A stretch of DNA of 21,308 bases, filler included, from a bacterium (GTDB lineage: Bacteria > J088 > JAWLBW01), in the NCBI GenBank assembly GCA_041690355.1. It is 2 parts of 2 records of this genome, joined end to end, with 100 filler letters (N's around TTAATTAATTAA, not from the genome) between each part and the next. Parts side by side here need not be neighbours in the genome. Positions count along the whole stretch, not along the records: positions 1 to 17,851 come from JAWLHK010000036.1; positions 17,952 to 21,308 come from JAWLHK010000042.1. One strand, written 5' to 3'. A program made the position numbers and the translations under genes. The notes beneath the pieces were generated by a model that had not been told where the DNA came from, did no database searches, and saw only the letters and a list, made by a program, of their open reading frames with translations. Positions 17,686 to 21,308 of the stretch are shown piece by piece (positions within the stretch are counted from its first letter, which is position 1; each line of letters begins with the position of its first letter).

Positions 17686-17724
17686 AAAAAGAATACCGGC
17701 GGGGGGTACCGGACCCCCCGCCAG
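17686..17724 (-). terminator. GC-rich hairpin with U-rich tail after tuf (terminator/attenuator-like)
   Basis: 10-bp stem GGCGGGGGGT/ACCCCCCGCC (17698-17722) followed on the minus strand by GGTATTCTTTTT. Confidence 0.6.
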
Positions 17725-17733
17725 TCGAATCAC

Positions 17734-17850
17734 TTACTTGATGATCTTCGAAACGACGCCGGCGCCGACGGTGCGGCCGCCTTCGCGGATTGCGAAGCGC
17801 AGACCTTCATCCATGGCAATCGGCGTGATGAGTTCAACCGTCATCTTGAC
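17734..17850 (-). CDS. tuf: Elongation factor Tu, C-terminal fragment truncated at the contig end
   Basis: [38 protein letters not shown]. Confidence 0.97.
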   Translation of the reverse strand, partial: VKMTVELITPIAMDEGLRFAIREGGRTVGAGVVSKIIK

Positions 17851-17851
17851 G

Positions 17852-17951
17852 NNNNNNNNNNNNNNNNNNNNNNNNNNNNNNNNNNNNNNNNNNNNTTAAT
17901 TAATTAANNNNNNNNNNNNNNNNNNNNNNNNNNNNNNNNNNNNNNNNNNNN
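17852..17951. other. Artificial contig-concatenation spacer
   Basis: 44 N + TTAATTAATTAA (17896-17907; stops in all six frames) + 44 N. Confidence 0.97.
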
Positions 17952-19285
17952 GGCGAAAATCGGGATCCGTGCGGGTCATGGGGCTTCCGGTGTCGCTCTC
18001 CTCTTCAGGCTCGCGCAGCACGCCTGGCGTGCGTTTCCGCACGGGCCCGGGCGACTGCGGTGACTTCAGGTTGCCGCCGGAAGGCGTTTCGTTCCAGAGG
18101 AAAATGCATCGATTCGAGCGGATTCGGGCGGGGGCCCCCTCGCCGCGCGTCGGCCGTTCGGGTCGTTCGGGTCGTGTCCCCGGAGGTGGTGTAGCTCGGG
18201 GCGGTCATCGAGGTCCTCGGTAGGGTCGGATTGCTGAGCCAACCTGGACCGAGGAAAGAGCCCGATGACCAAGCCCACGATGGACCTTCGCGCGCTGGTG
18301 GAGAAGAGCGCGGACGCGGACCTTCTTCGAGAGATGATCGGCTTCGCGGCCGAGCGGCTGATGGAGCTCGAGGTCGGCGCGAAGACGGGCGCCGACTACG
18401 GTGAGAAGTCCGCCGACCGGCTGGCGCGGCGGAACGGCTACCGAGACCGCGACTGGCAGACGCGCGCCGGGAACGTGGAACTGCGCATCCCGAAGCTGCG
18501 CACAGGCTCCTGCTTCCCGTCGTTCCTGGAGCCCCGGCGGGCCGTGGAGAAGGCGCTGACGGCCGTGATCCAGGAGGCCTACGTCAGCGGCGTCTCCACG
18601 CGCGCGATGGACGATCTCGTGCAGGCCATGGGCGGGACGGGCGTCTCCAGGAGCCAGGTGAGCCGACTGTGCGAGGAGATCGACGAGCGCGTCGACGCCT
18701 TCCTGACCCGCCCCATCGAGGGCGAGTGGCCCTATCTGTGGATCGACGCGACCTATCTGAAGGTGCGCCAGGGCGGGCGCATCGTGTCCGTCGCGGTCAC
18801 GCTCGCCGTCGGCGTCAACATGGACGGCAGGCGCGAGGTGCTGGGCATGGCCATCGGCGCCTCCGAGGCGGAGCCGTTCTGGACTGAGTTCCTGCGGGAC
18901 CTGGTGCGGCGGGGCCTGAGCGGCGTGAAGCTCGTGATCAGCGACGCGCACGAGGGCATCAAGGCAGCCACGGCGCGGGTGCTGTCCACCACCTGGCAGC
19001 GGTGCCGCGTGCATTTCCAGAGGAACGCTCTGGCCCACGCCGGCAAGAGCAGCCGGCGCGTAGTCTCGGCCTTCATCGCCACCGCCTTCGCCCAGCCCGA
19101 CCACGGCGCCGCCAGCGCCCAGTGGCGGCGCGTGGCGGACCAGATGCGCTCCAAGCTCCCCAAGCTCGCCACGCTCATGGACGGCGCAGAGGAGGACGTG
19201 CTCGCCTACATGACCTTCCCGGCCCAGCACCGCGCGAAGCTGCACAGCACGGATGACATCGACAAGACCTTTGTGCCCTATTGTG

Positions 19286-20632
19286 CTACCCTTCCGTTGT
19301 GCGGTCGACCTCGTGGCGAAGCGCGACGTGTCGGCTGGAAGCGTCGTCGGGCGGCCCATCGAAGCCCTGCCGAGGTGAGGCGGCCGCACACCGGTTTTCC
19401 TCATCGGGGAGCGTCGTGCAGGCCGCACCGCGACTTGCTTTCGGACGCGGCTGCCAAGCGGCGACGAAGTGCTCATAGCTCTCCTGTGCCCGCTCCGCGA
19501 TCTCCATCTCCTGGTTGCGCAGCGTCTTGACGTTGTAGGCGTAGGCCGGACCGCGAGCATTGCCTTTTTTCTGCGGCTTCCCGGCGGCGAGTTCCATTTG
19601 GCGGCGCTTGTGGGCGACGAGGCTCGGCCGCGCCCATCGGTAGTCCTCGCCTTTTGCCAGCCTGTGCCAGCACAGGACGGCCAGTTTGCGCGCGACGGCC
19701 ACGGCGGCAATCTGGTGCCCTCTCTTCGCCCGCACGCGGATGAAGAAGCCCCGCAGCGGCCCCGGCGCCTTGGCCGCCGCCCAGGCTGCTTCGACCAGCA
19801 TCGCGCGGGCATGGCTGCGCCCGGACTTACTGATGCGGCCGTGATGCGCGGCGCCGAGACCGGACTGGCGAACCCGCGGGTTCAGTCCGAAGTAGCTCAC
19901 CAGCTTTTGGGGGCTTGCGAAGCGGTCGATGCTGCCTGTCGCCGCCATGAGCCCCGCGGCGACGGTCAGGTTCACGCCGGTGATCGTCAACAGGCGATGG
20001 ATGGCCTCGTCTTCCAGCGCGTCCTGCGCGATGTCGCGGTCCAGAACGGCGAGGTCTTCGCCCAGCCGGTCGAGCTCGCGGACGTGACGCTCGATTGCTC
20101 TGCGCTCGTCTTCAGGGAGCGGTTGCGCTGCCAACCATGCGCGCCCGCGCTTGTTGAAAAGGTCGGCATGCGGGCACTTGGGGATCAGATGTGCATGCAA
20201 GATCGCATGCACCTCGTTCTTGATCCTCGTGCGATGACGGACGACCTGATAGCGCCGGGCGACCAGCCGTCGAAGACGCTCGGTGGCCGCGTCAGGTGTC
20301 CAGATCTGCGGCAGGTAGCCGGCTGCATGCAGGTTCGCCAGCGTGCCTGCGTCGACCTTGTCGGTCTTCACATGAGCATGGGCGATGGCCTTCACTTGCA
20401 GTGGGTTGGCGATCACCACCCGCGCCACGAAGGGTGTGAGGATCCGCGACACCGCCATGGCGTTGCCGGTCGCCTCAATCACCACCTCATCCGTGGGTCG
20501 GAGTTGTCTCGCGAAACCCTCCAGCGCCGTCCGGGTCATGTCGACCCGACCCTCGTGGCGGGTCAGCCCGTTCTCCCAGATCACCACCTCCCCGAAGGTC
20601 CGGTGTATGTCCATTCCGATCACGCGTCGCAT
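19286..20632 (-). CDS. IS110-family DEDD recombinase/transposase
   Basis: RuvC-like DEDD: GMDIH, VIEATG, KTDKVDA. Tnp20 domain: [22 protein letters not shown] (conserved Ser), GRISKSG, AVARKL. SD AGGAGG. Confidence 0.96.
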   Translation of the reverse strand: MRRVIGMDIHRTFGEVVIWENGLTRHEGRVDMTRTALEGFARQLRPTDEVVIEATGNAMAVSRILTPFVARVVIANPLQVKAIAHAHVKTDKVDAGTLANLHAAGYLPQIWTPDAATERLRRLVARRYQVVRHRTRIKNEVHAILHAHLIPKCPHADLFNKRGRAWLAAQPLPEDERRAIERHVRELDRLGEDLAVLDRDIAQDALEDEAIHRLLTITGVNLTVAAGLMAATGSIDRFASPQKLVSYFGLNPRVRQSGLGAAHHGRISKSGRSHARAMLVEAAWAAAKAPGPLRGFFIRVRAKRGHQIAAVAVARKLAVLCWHRLAKGEDYRWARPSLVAHKRRQMELAAGKPQKKGNARGPAYAYNVKTLRNQEMEIAERAQESYEHFVAAWQPRPKASRGAACTTLPDEENRCAAASPRQGFDGPPDDASSRHVALRHEVDRTTEG

Positions 20633-20661
20633 GCGCGCCTCCTGCGTCTGTTTCGATAGAC

Positions 20662-20861
20662 GGGAGCGGCGGGCGACACGACAACTACGGATCCGTGCTC
20701 ACGGCACAACCGGGCGAGTCGCAGAGGCGGCCAGCTACTAACACGAGCTCGCAGCTCATCGTGTGCATCGGCCTGCCCGCACCTTCGTGCTCCCGGTGCC
20801 TCCGTCCCGGACGCTCGCAGCATACGCCAAGTCCCGAAGAACCCGGCCGGACATCGGCACC
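20662..20861 (-). ncRNA. Putative IS110 bridge RNA
   Basis: About 200-nt multi-branched fold in the non-coding end upstream of the recombinase, with two parallel internal loops that carry donor- and target-matching guides (see findings). Confidence 0.75.
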
Positions 20862-21308
20862 ACAGATGACATACCGGTTACCAACCCGATCGAACGGCTG
20901 AACGGCGAGATCAAGCGGCGCACCGACGTCGTCGGGATCTTCCCGAACGAAGCCGCCATCCGCCGTCTCGTCGGTGCGATCCTCATGGAGCAGACCGAGG
21001 AATGGGCCGTGCAGCGGTCCCGCTACATGACGCTGGAAACCCTAGCGCCCGTCGGCGATGATCCCATCGTCAGCCTCCCTGCCGCACAGGGCGACTGACA
21101 AGCGCGGCGCTGCCGAGGCCGTCAGGCCGGACGCCAGCTACACCACGCCATGGGACACGACCCCGACCAGTTCAGCGCTCGTTGGCAAAGAGGTTTGCGA
21201 TCCTGTTTGCCAATCAGTGTGGTAGACTGCGCAACCCCAGATCCATATGCCCCTCACGACACGCTTACGGTTCATTGGGCCGCAGTCCGGCGGGCACTGC
21301 CGCCAAGG

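Larger units (their letters stand above)
19251..20881 (-). mobile_element. IS110-family element, 1631 bp, with a 2-nt core (AC on +, GT on the transposase strand)
   Basis: Boundaries set by restoring the IS256 frame: AC at 19249-19250 and AC at 20880-20881. No terminal inverted repeats or long TSD. Confidence 0.9.
18265..21098 (+). pseudogene. IS256 (Transposase_mut) transposase interrupted by IS110; segments 18265-19250 and 20882-21098
   Basis: [39 protein letters not shown] | [20 protein letters not shown]. Joining 986 + 217 nt gives 1203 nt, an intact 400-aa frame. Confidence 0.93.
18169..21163 (+). mobile_element. IS256-family insertion sequence (1364 bp once the nested IS110 is removed)
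   Basis: 28-bp terminal inverted repeats, 24/28 identical: GGGTCGTGTCCCcggagGTGGTGTAGCT (18169-18196) versus the reverse complement of 21136-21163. They enclose a Mutator-type transposase. Confidence 0.93.

Noticed and set aside
17896-17907. Palindromic TTAATTAATTAA inside the N run
   Set aside because: Standard six-frame-stop linker used to concatenate contigs; not biological.
17952-18116. Possible minus-strand gene start (ATG 17979, MTRTDPDFR) with a LacI-like near-palindrome GCATCGATTC at 18106-18115
   Set aside because: Only 9 codons before the contig end, a distant SD and a short motif; too little to support a call.
19251-19530. C-terminal ~90 aa of the 421-aa ORF 18265-19530
   Set aside because: Read-through into the antisense strand of the IS110; the true transposase end is at 20882-21098.
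411-19812. Many long antisense or alternate-frame ORFs (e.g. 411-1766, 2521-3798, 12727-14448, 14470-16215, 18205-19812)
   Set aside because: Shadow ORFs expected in high-GC DNA opposite well-supported genes; no recognisable motifs.
20763-21098. 111-aa ORF as an independent gene
   Set aside because: Chance fusion of antisense IS110 end sequence to the orphaned IS256 C-terminus.
21220-21308. TGgTAGACT promoter-like motif and ATG 21247 at the window end
   Set aside because: The downstream frame is only about 20 codons with no recognisable features; cannot be assessed.

Overview
The window joins two unrelated contigs with an artificial 100-nt spacer (N44-TTAATTAATTAA-N44, 17852-17951). Left contig (1-17851): a GC-rich bacterium, probably deltaproteobacterial or Myxococcota-like, judged from a MYXO-CTERM-like tail and the gene order. 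It has an accessory block: catalase-like C-terminal fragment, PQQ-type sugar dehydrogenase lipoprotein, PAS hybrid histidine kinase, sterol desaturase-family gene, a 66-aa orphan coupled to a FIST/NosP protein, MSMEG_6728-like glycosylase, GDPD, MCP, M28 peptidase, SPW protein, DUF1802 and argJ. On the minus strand it has the core cluster tuf(3' end)-rpmG-tRNA-Trp-secE-nusG-rplK-rplA-rplJ-rplL, which terminates after rplL with no rpoBC. Right contig (17952-21308): an IS256-family element whose transposase is interrupted, four codons before its catalytic Glu, by a 1631-bp IS110-family element. The most striking signal is in the IS110 non-coding end. It folds into a bridge-RNA-like structure with two parallel guide loops: one matches the reconstructed circle junction 12/12 and the other partially matches the insertion site. 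It also carries an extra third hairpin of the same motif and direct sub-terminal repeats. Other observations: a divergent FIST/PAS-kinase putative gas-sensing locus with an uncharacterised small partner, several apparently leaderless genes, and heptamer tandem repeats after stop codons. All homology calls come from motif recognition by eye, not from database searches.
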